A stretch of DNA of 64,000 nucleotides from Clostridia bacterium (GTDB lineage Bacteria > Bacillota > Clostridia > UMGS1840), in NCBI GenBank assembly GCA_045656345.1, contig JAZOQZ010000062.1:50-64049 (forward strand). The letters run 5' to 3'. Below are positions 8,391 to 16,936 of this stretch, one piece after another (the stretch's first letter is position 1; every line of letters begins with the position of its first letter). Made by a program: the position numbers and the translations under genes. A model generated the notes under the pieces. It saw nothing but the letters and a program-made list of their open reading frames with translations. It was not told the origin of the DNA and searched no databases.

Positions 8391-9653
8391 GTGAAACGAT
8401 TAATCAGTTTGATATTATGCTTTGTATTAACCTGCTCTGTGGCACTGGCAGCAAATCCCATGCCGGAATTTGAAATTATGTCTCAGAGTGCTGTGGTGAT
8501 AGAAGCAGAAACAGGTCAGGTGCTTTATAACCGCGGAATGAATGACAAACAGTATCCTGCCAGCATTACCAAGGTAATGACGGCGCTGGTTGCATTGGAG
8601 CACGGAGATTTAAACGATGTGATCACCGTGAGTGATCACGCTGTTACTTCCGTGCAGGGAACCAGCCACATTGCTTTGTCTTCCGGGGAGGTGCTGACTT
8701 TGGAAGAAGCACTGTATGGGATGATGCTGGCATCAGCCAATGACTGTTCGGTTGCCATTGCGGAAAACGTGGGCGGCAGCGAAGAAGCTTTCGTGAAAAT
8801 GATGAACGAAAAGGCGCAGGAGTTAGGCGCAAAAAATACTAATTTTGTGAATCCGCACGGCCTTCACGATGTGAATCATTACACCACTGCTTATGATATG
8901 GCGTTAATTACCAGAGAAGCAATGAAACATCCCGATTTTGTGAGAATTGCAGGCGCAAGAACATACACCATGTCTGCCACAAACAAGCAGGGCGAAGAGC
9001 GCACACATTCCAATCAGAATCTGATGCTTCATCCGGGAAAATATTACTATGAGTATGCCCGATTCGGCAAAAACGGATTTACCACCCCTGCCCAGAATAC
9101 CATGGTTGTGGAAGCAAAACGGGGCAGCATGGAACTTATTTGTGTGGTAATGCGTTGTGCAGATGGTTATCAGAAATATGTGGAAGCGGCACAACTTTTG
9201 GATTTTTGTTACGATAATTTCTATAAAACCAAAATCGATAACGGACTTTTAAAGCCGCCTTCTGCCAAACTTTCCGGCACCTTTGGAACAGTTGGTCAGG
9301 TGGACTTTCAGTTAGACGGTGATGTTGCGGTCATGCTCCCCAACGGCGTTGGAACAGACAGTTTGGAATTTACTTATGATGTTAATCCCAGTTATCAAAG
9401 GGCTTCGGAATATAAAGCTCATGTGACAGTTTCTGCTGACGGCGAAGAGCTTTTCCGGATTCCGATGAAGGGGACCGGCAGAGAAACAATCACCTTCTAT
9501 AATGTTTTAAAAACAATTTTCTGGATTGTTCTGGCAGTGGTGCTGTTTTTCGTGTCTGTTGTGGTTTACTTTATTGTGGATGCAGAACGCAAGAAAAAAC
9601 AGCGCCGGAAAGCAAAATTCCGTCGGGCACTCCGTATCAAAAAAGATATTTAA
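8391..9653 (+). CDS. D-alanyl-D-alanine carboxypeptidase (S11 family, DacB/DacF-like) with C-terminal TM anchor and basic tail
   Basis: Signal peptide; SxxK motif SITKVMT, SxN motif SAND, and a KNG box. C-terminal TM segment followed by ERKKKQRRKAKFRRALRIKK. GTG start after GGAGAA. Confidence 0.85.
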   Translation: MKRLISLILCFVLTCSVALAANPMPEFEIMSQSAVVIEAETGQVLYNRGMNDKQYPASITKVMTALVALEHGDLNDVITVSDHAVTSVQGTSHIALSSGEVLTLEEALYGMMLASANDCSVAIAENVGGSEEAFVKMMNEKAQELGAKNTNFVNPHGLHDVNHYTTAYDMALITREAMKHPDFVRIAGARTYTMSATNKQGEERTHSNQNLMLHPGKYYYEYARFGKNGFTTPAQNTMVVEAKRGSMELICVVMRCADGYQKYVEAAQLLDFCYDNFYKTKIDNGLLKPPSAKLSGTFGTVGQVDFQLDGDVAVMLPNGVGTDSLEFTYDVNPSYQRASEYKAHVTVSADGEELFRIPMKGTGRETITFYNVLKTIFWIVLAVVLFFVSVVVYFIVDAERKKKQRRKAKFRRALRIKKDI

Positions 9654-9741
9654 GAGCAGTCTGCTTTACAAAAATACAAAAAAATAAAATAATATACATT
9701 GCATCCGCGAAGGCGGAGCAGTAGTGAAAGGAAAAAACGCG

Positions 9742-10512
9742 ATGATTTTAGCGATTGACGTGGGTAACTCCAACATTGTGATTGGCGCTATCCATCAGGA
9801 TGAGGTGCGTTTTGTATCCAGGATGGCAACTGAACGGTGCCGTACCGAGGATCAGTATGCAATCTACTTCCGTGAAATTTTGCGTCTTTATCAGATGGAA
9901 GAAACTTCCTTTGAAGGCGGCATTATTTCCAGTGTGGTACCTCCTGTGACCAATGTGATTGCCAAAGCAGTTTCCAAACTGATTGGTAAAGAACCCCTGA
10001 TTGTTGGACCCGGAATTAAAACGGGGCTCAACATTCTGATTGACAACCCCTCTCAGTTGGGGTCAGACATTGTGGTGGACAATGTGGCAGCCAGACACCT
10101 TTATAAAACTGCCTTGATTGTGATTGATATGGGAACAGCCACCACCATTTCTGCAACTGATGAAAAAGGGAACATCCGCGGCGGAGCCATTGCTCCCGGT
10201 GTGGGTATTTCCTTAAATGCCTTGACTCAGAACACAGCTCAGCTTCAGGGCATCAATTTAGAAAATCCCAAAAAAGTGATTGGAACCAATACCGTGGATT
10301 CTATGAAAGCGGGGTTGGTGTTCGGATGGGCTTCCATGATTGACGGTATGATTGACCGTATTTTAGAAGAACTTGGCACGCCTGCCACTGTGGTTGCCAC
10401 AGGTGGACATGCCAAAACGATTATTCCTTATTGCAGAAGAAAAATCGTCTATCAGGAAAACCTGTTGATGACAGGACTCAATTTGGTGTATCAGATGAAT
10501 AAGAAGTCTTAA
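9742..10512 (+). CDS. coaX: Type III pantothenate kinase
   Basis: MILAIDVGNSNIVIGA..., DMGTATT and a GTNT-type motif, typical of CoaX. ATG at 9742 follows AAAGGAAAA. Confidence 0.9.
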   Translation: MILAIDVGNSNIVIGAIHQDEVRFVSRMATERCRTEDQYAIYFREILRLYQMEETSFEGGIISSVVPPVTNVIAKAVSKLIGKEPLIVGPGIKTGLNILIDNPSQLGSDIVVDNVAARHLYKTALIVIDMGTATTISATDEKGNIRGGAIAPGVGISLNALTQNTAQLQGINLENPKKVIGTNTVDSMKAGLVFGWASMIDGMIDRILEELGTPATVVATGGHAKTIIPYCRRKIVYQENLLMTGLNLVYQMNKKS

Positions 10513-10528
10513 TTTTGGGAGGAAAAAA

Positions 10529-11125
10529 ATGAAAAGTGAAAGATTGAATACAGTTGTTATTTTAGCATTATTTATTGCGATTGAAGCAATTTTTGCATTT
10601 ACTGCATTGGGCTCCATTCCTATGGGCCCCGGAATTGTTGCTACCCTGGCACATATTCCCCCGTTGATTGCAGCACTTGTTTTGGGTTACAAAAAAGGGC
10701 TGTTTATGGGCGGCGTTATGGGAGTGTTCTCCCTGATTGTGTTTTCTACCTCGTTGCTGGCAAGTCCGTCCGCTTTTGCGTTTACACCAATTGCACCAAA
10801 CGGTAATTTCCTCAGCCTTGTGATATGTGTTGTGCCAAGAATTTTATTCCCTGCGATTGGTGTTTTTTGTTACAGTCTTTGCAGAAAGAAGATGAATGCT
10901 TCGCTTTCAGCAGGAATTGCAGGAGCAGTGGCGAGCTTGATGCATTCGTTTATGGTGTTATCCCTTATTTATATTTGTTTTTATGGACATACTGCAGTTG
11001 GAAAAGACTATGTGGCTTTGATGATTACCTGGGGTGGTGTCAATGCAGTGCTTGAAATTGTGATTGCGGCTGTTGTATGTGCAGGGATTGTTCCTGTGAT
11101 GGAGAAAATCGTAAAGAAAAAATAA
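10529..11125 (+). CDS. ECF-transporter S component (possibly pantothenate-specific PanT)
   Basis: 198-aa protein with about 6 TM segments. Its N-terminus (VVILALFIAIEAIFAFTALGSIP) is typical of ECF S components. The substrate guess rests only on adjacency to coaX. Confidence 0.55.
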   Translation: MKSERLNTVVILALFIAIEAIFAFTALGSIPMGPGIVATLAHIPPLIAALVLGYKKGLFMGGVMGVFSLIVFSTSLLASPSAFAFTPIAPNGNFLSLVICVVPRILFPAIGVFCYSLCRKKMNASLSAGIAGAVASLMHSFMVLSLIYICFYGHTAVGKDYVALMITWGGVNAVLEIVIAAVVCAGIVPVMEKIVKKK

Positions 11126-11144
11126 CCAAGAAAGAGGGCTTTCA

Positions 11145-11810
11145 TTGAAAAAAAATAGAAGAAAAAAATTCCGTTGGATAGCCCTTTGTGTGATTGGCGT
11201 TCCGATAATCGTGGTGTTGTTTTATTGGTTGACCAATTTGTTCACTGGGCTGACTCCTGATGATATTTTGAGGTTTGCCGGGGAAAATGTTGTGATTGAA
11301 GTAATCCTGGTGTTGTTGCTTTATGCTGTAAAATCGGTATTGTTTTTTATTCCCGTGATGTTTTTATATATGTTGACAGGGAATTTGTTTCCGCCGGTAT
11401 ACAGTATTTTTATCAATATCATCGGACTTTCCATCACCATGTCTCTCACCTTCTGGTTAGGGAAAAAACTTGGAAAAAACTTTGTAAAGAAAATGATTCG
11501 TAAGTCTCCCAAGGTGCAACGCTTTATGGAGAACAGCGATAAAAGTCAGGTGACCTTGTTTGCTCTTCGGGCGTCCAATATTTTCCCTGTGGAATTGATT
11601 TCACTGGTTTGTGGATGCACCGGTTACCGTTACTGGAGCTTTCTGGGGTTGTCTCTTCTGGCAATGGTGCCCAGTTTGATTCCCTTTACTTTGATGGGAG
11701 ATTCCTTAAAAGACCCCTTATCTCCGGGATTTTTAATTCCTTTCGGAGTTGTTCTGGCGATGATGTTGGGCTCTCTGATTGTTTATAAAATGAAGCATAA
11801 AGATGAATAA
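11145..11810 (+). CDS. TVP38/TMEM64 (DedA superfamily, SNARE-associated/VTT domain) membrane protein
   Basis: Multi-TM protein with a VTT-like core FIPVMFLYMLTGNLF...GLSITMSLTFWLGKKLGKNFV. Confidence 0.65.
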   Translation: MKKNRRKKFRWIALCVIGVPIIVVLFYWLTNLFTGLTPDDILRFAGENVVIEVILVLLLYAVKSVLFFIPVMFLYMLTGNLFPPVYSIFINIIGLSITMSLTFWLGKKLGKNFVKKMIRKSPKVQRFMENSDKSQVTLFALRASNIFPVELISLVCGCTGYRYWSFLGLSLLAMVPSLIPFTLMGDSLKDPLSPGFLIPFGVVLAMMLGSLIVYKMKHKDE

Positions 11811-11847
11811 AAAAAGGCTATGACATCTTGTCATAGCCTTTTTTTTT
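11811..11847. terminator. Bidirectional Rho-independent terminator
   Basis: AAAAAAGGCTATGACA-TCTT-GTCATAGCCTTTTTTTTT between convergent genes. Confidence 0.8.
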
Positions 11848-11850
11848 GCG

Positions 11851-12342
11851 CTAAAACGGAGAGGGAAGTTCGATATTGCAGTAATGCAGTTTTCCGTCTT
11901 CGATTTCAATCACACCGTAAGAAGGGTTTCCTGTTTTGGGGCGTGAGATACTACCCGGATTTGCCAGAATTTTCCCTGAAAAATGTTCCACCTCGGCAAC
12001 GTGGGTATGTCCGAACAGAATTAAATCAGCAGATTCTGCTTTAGGAATACTTTTTAAGGGAGTGCTGTCCCAGTTAGTAAGATAGTAATGCCCATGGGTG
12101 ATAAAAATTTTTTTGCCACCGACGTTCAGTAGCTTTTCATTGGGATACAAGCCGGAATAATCGTTGTTTCCCTGTACGCCGTAAATGGGAAAATCAAAGA
12201 AGTTGTCTTCTAAAAACTGAATGTCATGATTGACATCTCCTAAGTGAATCACACCGGTAACGCCGTACGTGTTTTCAATAATTTGTTTCATCGTTTTCAC
12301 GTCCCTGTGGGAATCGGAAAACACTAAAATACGTTCCATCAT
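11851..12342 (-). CDS. Metallophosphoesterase, YfcE/MJ0936 family
   Basis: Motifs VFSDSH, HLGD, GNND, THGH, GHTH in canonical order; 163 aa. Confidence 0.85.
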   Translation of the reverse strand: MMERILVFSDSHRDVKTMKQIIENTYGVTGVIHLGDVNHDIQFLEDNFFDFPIYGVQGNNDYSGLYPNEKLLNVGGKKIFITHGHYYLTNWDSTPLKSIPKAESADLILFGHTHVAEVEHFSGKILANPGSISRPKTGNPSYGVIEIEDGKLHYCNIELPSPF

Positions 12343-12351
12343 AGTTACACC

Positions 12352-13104
12352 TTAAATCGTTTGATAAAATCCACGATACACTTCGTAGTTCACCACTTCC
12401 AAAGAAAGTTCTTCCAAAAGGGCACGAATCTTTTTTAAAGCAGGATTTTCAGTTTCAAAGTGGCCTGCTGTAATCATACAAAGGCCAAGACTTTCTGCCA
12501 GCTGGTATTCGTGGTATTTCGCTTCCCCTGTGAGAAACACATCGCAGTCTTTGACCAGCGATATCAAACTGCCGCCACTGCCGCCAATCACTGCAACGGT
12601 TGTTACCGTGCGATTCGGATCGCCTGTGTAGTTTACATACGGCACCTTCAGAACATCTTTCACTAAGGTAATAAAATCCCGAAGACACATTGGTTCTTTC
12701 AGTCTTCCTTTGCGACAAATAACAGGTTCGTCCACGTGATAGTCCAAAAGCCCCAGCAGTTCACACAGCATATCATTCACACCGCCTTGGCAACTGTCAA
12801 AATTGGTATGCATGGAATACACAGCAATCTTGTGGGAAATCAGTCTGGCAATCTGGCTACCTTTTTCTGTTTCTAAATTGATAGAAGATAATCCGCCCAT
12901 AATAAACGGATGGTGGGAGACAATCAGATTGCAACCATTTTGTACAGCGCAGTCAATTACCCGGTCGGTAATATCCAACGCCACATAACATTTGGTGATA
13001 TCCCAATCAGGATGACCCACCATCAGCCCCACATTGTCCCAATCCTCTTTGAGGCAGGGAGGAGCAAATTCTTCCAGTTTATGAATAATTGTTTGTAATT
13101 TCAT
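12352..13104 (-). CDS. Nif3-like dinuclear metal center protein (GTP cyclohydrolase 1 type 2 homolog)
   Basis: MKLQTIIHKLEEFAPP...EDWDNVGLMVG...LIVSHHPFI...ITAGHFETE. ATG at 13104 follows AGGAAG; the upstream ORF extension has no RBS. Confidence 0.85.
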   Translation of the reverse strand: MKLQTIIHKLEEFAPPCLKEDWDNVGLMVGHPDWDITKCYVALDITDRVIDCAVQNGCNLIVSHHPFIMGGLSSINLETEKGSQIARLISHKIAVYSMHTNFDSCQGGVNDMLCELLGLLDYHVDEPVICRKGRLKEPMCLRDFITLVKDVLKVPYVNYTGDPNRTVTTVAVIGGSGGSLISLVKDCDVFLTGEAKYHEYQLAESLGLCMITAGHFETENPALKKIRALLEELSLEVVNYEVYRGFYQTI

Positions 13105-13171
13105 CTGTTCACTTCCTTTTTTGAAGCTTTTCTTCATTATATCCCAAAAGGAAGGGCTTGTCAATTGTTTT

Positions 13172-13783
13172 TCACAGGAATAAATAATTGGCAAGAGGCG
13201 GAAGCAGAATAAATTTTACAAATACTCCCACAGAAACACTCAGCAGAGTTCCTAAGGTAACAAGCACTATGCCAGTAAGTTCTTCCCAAAGATTTTGTCT
13301 TGCCGGTGGTCTGTGAAGAGCACATCCCCACAAAAAACGGTTTACCGCCAGGCTTTTCGTGCTCAGCACAACGAGAGTCGGCAAAAACAACAACAGAGTG
13401 GGAAGCAAAAAGAAACCACCCAAAAAGAACCCTTTTACAGAAAAACATTTTACCAAAAACGTGAGGAAAAATCCGGAGGTGAATCCCCATTTGAATACCA
13501 GAAATCCTGTGGGCAAAAATCCAAACAGAAATAAGGAACAAAGAGCGATGCAAAGGTAGGGAAAGAGTTCTTCAAAAAGCATCAGCTGAAAACTTAATTC
13601 GCTTGCTTTTGCTTCTTTGATAAACTGCTCTGCTTGTTCTTCTGCTATAGAAAAATCAGCGGAAGAAATCAGGTTTGCATAAAAGCATCCTGTTAAAAAA
13701 CCGGCAAAGATCACAGCAAGGAGTAACAGATAAAGGAATCGTTGCTCTTTTAGATGACAATAGATTTTTCGAAATAGAAACAA
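13172..13783 (-). CDS. Polytopic membrane protein, SpoIIM-like (stage II sporulation protein M family, tentative)
   Basis: About 5 TM segments, with layout and local motifs resembling SpoIIM (LVFKWGFTSGFFLTFLV, LLPTLLLFLPTLVVL). The likely start is TTG at 13783, 9 nt after AGGAGG. Confidence 0.45.
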   Translation of the reverse strand: MFLFRKIYCHLKEQRFLYLLLLAVIFAGFLTGCFYANLISSADFSIAEEQAEQFIKEAKASELSFQLMLFEELFPYLCIALCSLFLFGFLPTGFLVFKWGFTSGFFLTFLVKCFSVKGFFLGGFFLLPTLLLFLPTLVVLSTKSLAVNRFLWGCALHRPPARQNLWEELTGIVLVTLGTLLSVSVGVFVKFILLPPLANYLFL

Positions 13784-13874
13784 GGTTTTATTCCTCCTGC
13801 AAAAGAAGTTTGCTTTAATATATGAAAGCCTTTTCGCAAAAAGAATAAACTTTATCAAAAAAATGAAAAAACAA

Positions 13875-13903
13875 TTGACAAAAGATAAAATTTTTGGTAC
13901 AAT
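13875..13903 (+). promoter_or_regulatory. Sigma-A type promoter for ldh
   Basis: TTGACA (13875-13880), 17-nt spacer, TGgTACAAT extended -10 (13895-13903). Confidence 0.65.
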
Positions 13904-13975
13904 GATGTTACTAGAATAAAATGGGTAAAAATCGAAGTTTTACTCAGACATAATAGCGGAAAAGAGGTTAAAATT

Positions 13976-14923
13976 ATGGGTACTTCCAAGAAAAAAGTTA
14001 CAATTGTCGGAGCAGGTTTTGTAGGTGCTTCCATTGCTTATACCATCGCTGCAAGAAACCTTGCGCACGAAATGGTTTTAATTGATGTAAATAAAGAAAA
14101 AGCATACGGTGAAGCACTGGATATTTCTCACGCTTGTCCCGTATTCGGTTCTATGAAAATCACCGCTGGTGATTACGCTGACGTAAAAGACAGTGACGTT
14201 ATCATCATCACTGCAGGTGTAAACAGAAAACCCGGCGAAACCAGAATGGACTTAGCTTGCAAAAACGTTGCAATTATGAAAAGCATCGTTGGCGATATCA
14301 TGAAACATTACAACGGCGGTATTTTTGTAATCGTTTCCAACCCTGTTGACGTGCTGACCACTTTAGTTCAGAAATGGACCGGTCTGCCCGCAGGCAAAGT
14401 TATCGGTTCCGGTACTTATTTAGATACCATCCGTCTGCAGCAGAAACTGTATGATTTATTTGATATGAACGTTAAAAACATTCATGCAATGATGATTGGT
14501 GAACACGGCGAAACTCAGTTCCCCTACTGGAGCCATGCTACCATCGCAGGTGAATCTATCTTAAACTTAAACACCATTCACGGCCATCCTTTAACTGACG
14601 AAGAAAAAGCTCAGATTAAAGAAGAAGTGAAATTAGGCGGTGCTGCTATCATCAAAAACAAAGGTGCTACCTATTTTGGCGTTGCAAGTTCTGTAAGTGA
14701 TATTACCGATGCTATCTTAAACGGTAAAGACAGAGTGCTTCCCGTAAGCATTAATAAAGAAGAACTCTATGGCTTCACTAATGTTGCTGTAAGTATGCCC
14801 AGAATCGTAAGCAGTGAAGGTGTTGAACTGGATATTCCCGTAGTTCTTTCTCCCGAAGAAGAAGAACTGATGAAGAAATCCGTGGAAAATGTATATAACA
14901 TCACCAAAGAATTCATTGACTAA
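13976..14923 (+). CDS. ldh: L-lactate dehydrogenase
   Basis: KVTIVGAGFVGAS Rossmann motif, ITAGVNRKPGETRMDL, catalytic MIGEHGETQ; 315 aa. Confidence 0.93.
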   Translation: MGTSKKKVTIVGAGFVGASIAYTIAARNLAHEMVLIDVNKEKAYGEALDISHACPVFGSMKITAGDYADVKDSDVIIITAGVNRKPGETRMDLACKNVAIMKSIVGDIMKHYNGGIFVIVSNPVDVLTTLVQKWTGLPAGKVIGSGTYLDTIRLQQKLYDLFDMNVKNIHAMMIGEHGETQFPYWSHATIAGESILNLNTIHGHPLTDEEKAQIKEEVKLGGAAIIKNKGATYFGVASSVSDITDAILNGKDRVLPVSINKEELYGFTNVAVSMPRIVSSEGVELDIPVVLSPEEEELMKKSVENVYNITKEFID

Positions 14924-14940
14924 GACTCGATAAAAGAACT

Positions 14941-15001
14941 TAGACCGCAAAAGGCATAGGATTAATTCTATGCCTTTTTGTTTTATAAGGTGAAAATTGT
15001 T
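14941..15001 (+). repeat. 61-bp direct repeat, left copy (contains the ldh terminator hairpin)
   Basis: Identical to 15139-15199 except one position (A at 14964 vs G at 15162). Contains AAAAGGCATAGGATTAATTCTATGCCTTTTT. Confidence 0.9.
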
Positions 15002-15029
15002 TGCAACAATTTTGATCAGAATGCCTTTT

Positions 15030-15128
15030 GCTATCCGCAAACCTCACCTCTCGGCGTACCGATGTACGCCTTCGGGTAACCCTTCGGTTTGGTTTGCGAA
15101 TTCTAAGTCCTTTTCTCATCGTCTGAAA
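15030..15128 (+). repeat. Intergenic structured repeat, copy C (core)
   Basis: ATCCGCAAACCTCACCTCTCGGCGTAC-CGAT-GTACGCCTTCGGGTAACC-CTTC-GGTTTGGTTTGCGAATTCT aligns with the cores of copies A and B. Closing helix: 15032-15043 with 15091-15102. Confidence 0.75.
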
Positions 15129-15138
15129 ATTAAAAACA

Positions 15139-15199
15139 TAGACCGCAAAAGGCATAGGATTGATTCTATGCCTTTTTGTTTTATAAGGTGAAAATTGTT
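15139..15199 (+). repeat. 61-bp direct repeat, right copy (second terminator hairpin)
   Basis: See 14941-15001. The repeat period is 198 bp. Confidence 0.9.
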
Positions 15200-15210
15200 G
15201 ACGTGCGAAT

Positions 15211-15246
15211 CAAAAAAAGCTGAATCAATTTGATTCAGCTTTTTTT
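15211..15246. terminator. Bidirectional terminator overlapping the stop of the 77-aa ORF
   Basis: AAAAAAAGCTGAATCA-ATT-TGATTCAGCTTTTTTT. Confidence 0.7.
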
Positions 15247-15468
15247 ATTGGTTGTTTTTTTAGATTTTTGTTTATAGGGATTGATTTTTTCAGGTTTCTT
15301 TTTCGCTTTCTTGTTTTCTTTTTTGGTCACGGTAATCATAGAGCCGACCGCAAGTAAAATCCCGAATGTGAACATAGCGGCACCGTTTGCGGTGTTCAGT
15401 TGTTTGGCAAAAGCTCCGATTAAGACTCCTCCAACGGCAAGTAGCAGAATTCGTAACGTTTTATTCAT
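15235..15468 (-). CDS. Small membrane protein with Lys-rich C-terminal tail (hypothetical)
   Basis: 77 aa with two predicted TM helices, then KKENKKAKKKPEKINPYKQKSKKTTNKKS. RBS AAGGAGAA. It starts 11 nt after the mntR-like stop. Confidence 0.5.
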   Translation of the reverse strand: MNKTLRILLLAVGGVLIGAFAKQLNTANGAAMFTFGILLAVGSMITVTKKENKKAKKKPEKINPYKQKSKKTTNKKS

Positions 15469-15478
15469 GGCGTTCTCC

Positions 15479-15856
15479 TTAATCCAATTGGTTGTGCTTT
15501 TCCAAAAAATCCTTGATTTTTTCGAAACTTTCCTGACTTAAATCGTGTTCAATTTTGCAACTGTCTTCAAAGGCGTTTTCCTTGGAAACACCCAACGCCA
15601 TCAGTGCCTTTGCAATCACGTGATGCCGTTCATACATATTGTCGGCAACCAGCATTCCTTTTTCGGTTAGAGCGATATTGCCAAGCTCATCCACAGTTAA
15701 AAAACCTTCCTCGCGCAAGGTTTTCATTGCAACGGATACGCTGGGTTTGGACACATTTAAATGATGTGCCACGTCAATACTTCTGACATGTCCCAATTCT
15801 TTTTTCAAAATTAACACAGCTTCTAAATAGTTTTCGCCGGATTCTTTTAAGCTCAT
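15479..15856 (-). CDS. DtxR/MntR-family metal-dependent transcriptional regulator
   Basis: GENYLEAVLIL...RSIDVAHHLNVSKPSVSVAMKTLREEGFL winged-HTH plus metal-binding/dimerisation helices. ATG at 15856 follows GGAGG. Confidence 0.85.
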   Translation of the reverse strand: MSLKESGENYLEAVLILKKELGHVRSIDVAHHLNVSKPSVSVAMKTLREEGFLTVDELGNIALTEKGMLVADNMYERHHVIAKALMALGVSKENAFEDSCKIEHDLSQESFEKIKDFLEKHNQLD

Positions 15857-15896
15857 CTGATAATACCTCCGATTCTTTGGGGGATGTTTGGTAATA

Positions 15897-16229
15897 TTAA
15901 AAAACAAGTTGAACGAGTATCATATAAAATACCGTTCCGCCGCCTACGCTTAACAAAATATTTCGCTTCCAAAGATGCATAGCGGTGATTGCCAACAGGG
16001 CAATTGCTTCGGGGAGTCCGTGAGAGTATTGCAGGATGGAAACATCCTTCAGGCAATACACCAAAAGCATTCCGATGGTAGCGAAGGGGAGCATTTTTCC
16101 TAAATATCGAATAAACTCAGGAGTTTTTCTGTGAGGGGGGAACAGTAAAAATGGCAACGCCCTGGTTAAAAACGTGGCAACTGCAGAAACCAAAATGATA
16201 AGCAGTGCCTGATGGATTGGAAGAGTCAT
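15897..16229 (-). CDS. azlD: Branched-chain amino acid exporter small subunit AzlD
   Basis: 110-aa 4-TM protein (FLTRALPFLLF motif). Its start overlaps the azlC stop (TAATG). Confidence 0.8.
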   Translation of the reverse strand: MTLPIHQALLIILVSAVATFLTRALPFLLFPPHRKTPEFIRYLGKMLPFATIGMLLVYCLKDVSILQYSHGLPEAIALLAITAMHLWKRNILLSVGGGTVFYMILVQLVF

Positions 16230-16915
16230 TAAAATTTCGCCTCCAATCTTCTTTTTAAGATGCCTGAACAAATTAAAATCAGGCTCATTGCAGGAAGCAG
16301 GAAATTGTCAGCACCTGCAATCAGCAAGCAAAGAACAGATATTCCAATTCCTGCAAATTGGGGTATATGGGTTTTGGAATCTTTCCATTGGTCTAAGAAA
16401 ATCACCATAAATAAAGCGGTCATCACGAAGTCAATTCCCTTGGAATTAAAGGGAATTAAACTGCCAATCACATTTCCCAAAACACAACTTGCAATCCAGT
16501 AAATATGGTCTAAAAAACCAATGGAGCAATAGAACTGATGCTCATCCACATCTTTTGGTGATTTGATGCCGCAAAGCAGGGAATAGGTTTCATCGGTTAA
16601 GGAAAACATCATATAAAACCGTTTTTTGCCTGCTTTTTTAAAGCGTTCCAACAAGGATAATCCGTAGAATAAATGACGGAGATTCACCATCAGCGTAACG
16701 AAAAAGGCATTTACCAAATCAAAAGGAGATGTTAAAAATCCGATTGCCACAAACTGACCGCTTCCTGCATACATGGTCACACTCATAATGAGTGCCCAAA
16801 TGGGCCCATAACCTTTGCTGCTTAATAAGATGCCGAAGGCTGAGCCTAAAAACAGATAGCCGAAGAGTACGGGAATCGTATAGGGAAATGCTTTTTTTAA
16901 GGACTTAAGATTCAT
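16229..16915 (-). CDS. azlC: Branched-chain amino acid exporter AzlC
   Basis: 228-aa polytopic protein; IPVLFGYLFLGSAFGIL, YAGSGQF and NLRHLFYGLSL are typical of AzlC. Confidence 0.85.
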   Translation of the reverse strand: MNLKSLKKAFPYTIPVLFGYLFLGSAFGILLSSKGYGPIWALIMSVTMYAGSGQFVAIGFLTSPFDLVNAFFVTLMVNLRHLFYGLSLLERFKKAGKKRFYMMFSLTDETYSLLCGIKSPKDVDEHQFYCSIGFLDHIYWIASCVLGNVIGSLIPFNSKGIDFVMTALFMVIFLDQWKDSKTHIPQFAGIGISVLCLLIAGADNFLLPAMSLILICSGILKRRLEAKF

Positions 16916-16936
16916 AAATGCTCCGTTTTTTGTTTG

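Noticed and set aside
12352-13194. N-terminal extensions suggested by the ORF track (NIF3 from 13194, mraZ from 36424, PBP from 34424, LysR from 52771, adh from 49819, STAND from 60444, dut from 3622, and others)
   Set aside because: In each case an internal ATG, GTG or TTG with a properly spaced Shine-Dalgarno sequence coincides with the start of family homology. The extensions have no RBS and odd composition.
13161-13553. 130-aa minus-strand ORF and K/E-rich plus-strand ORFs overlapping the SpoIIM-like gene
   Set aside because: These are alternative frames of a hydrophobic membrane-protein gene. They have low-complexity translations, no RBS, and no independent support.
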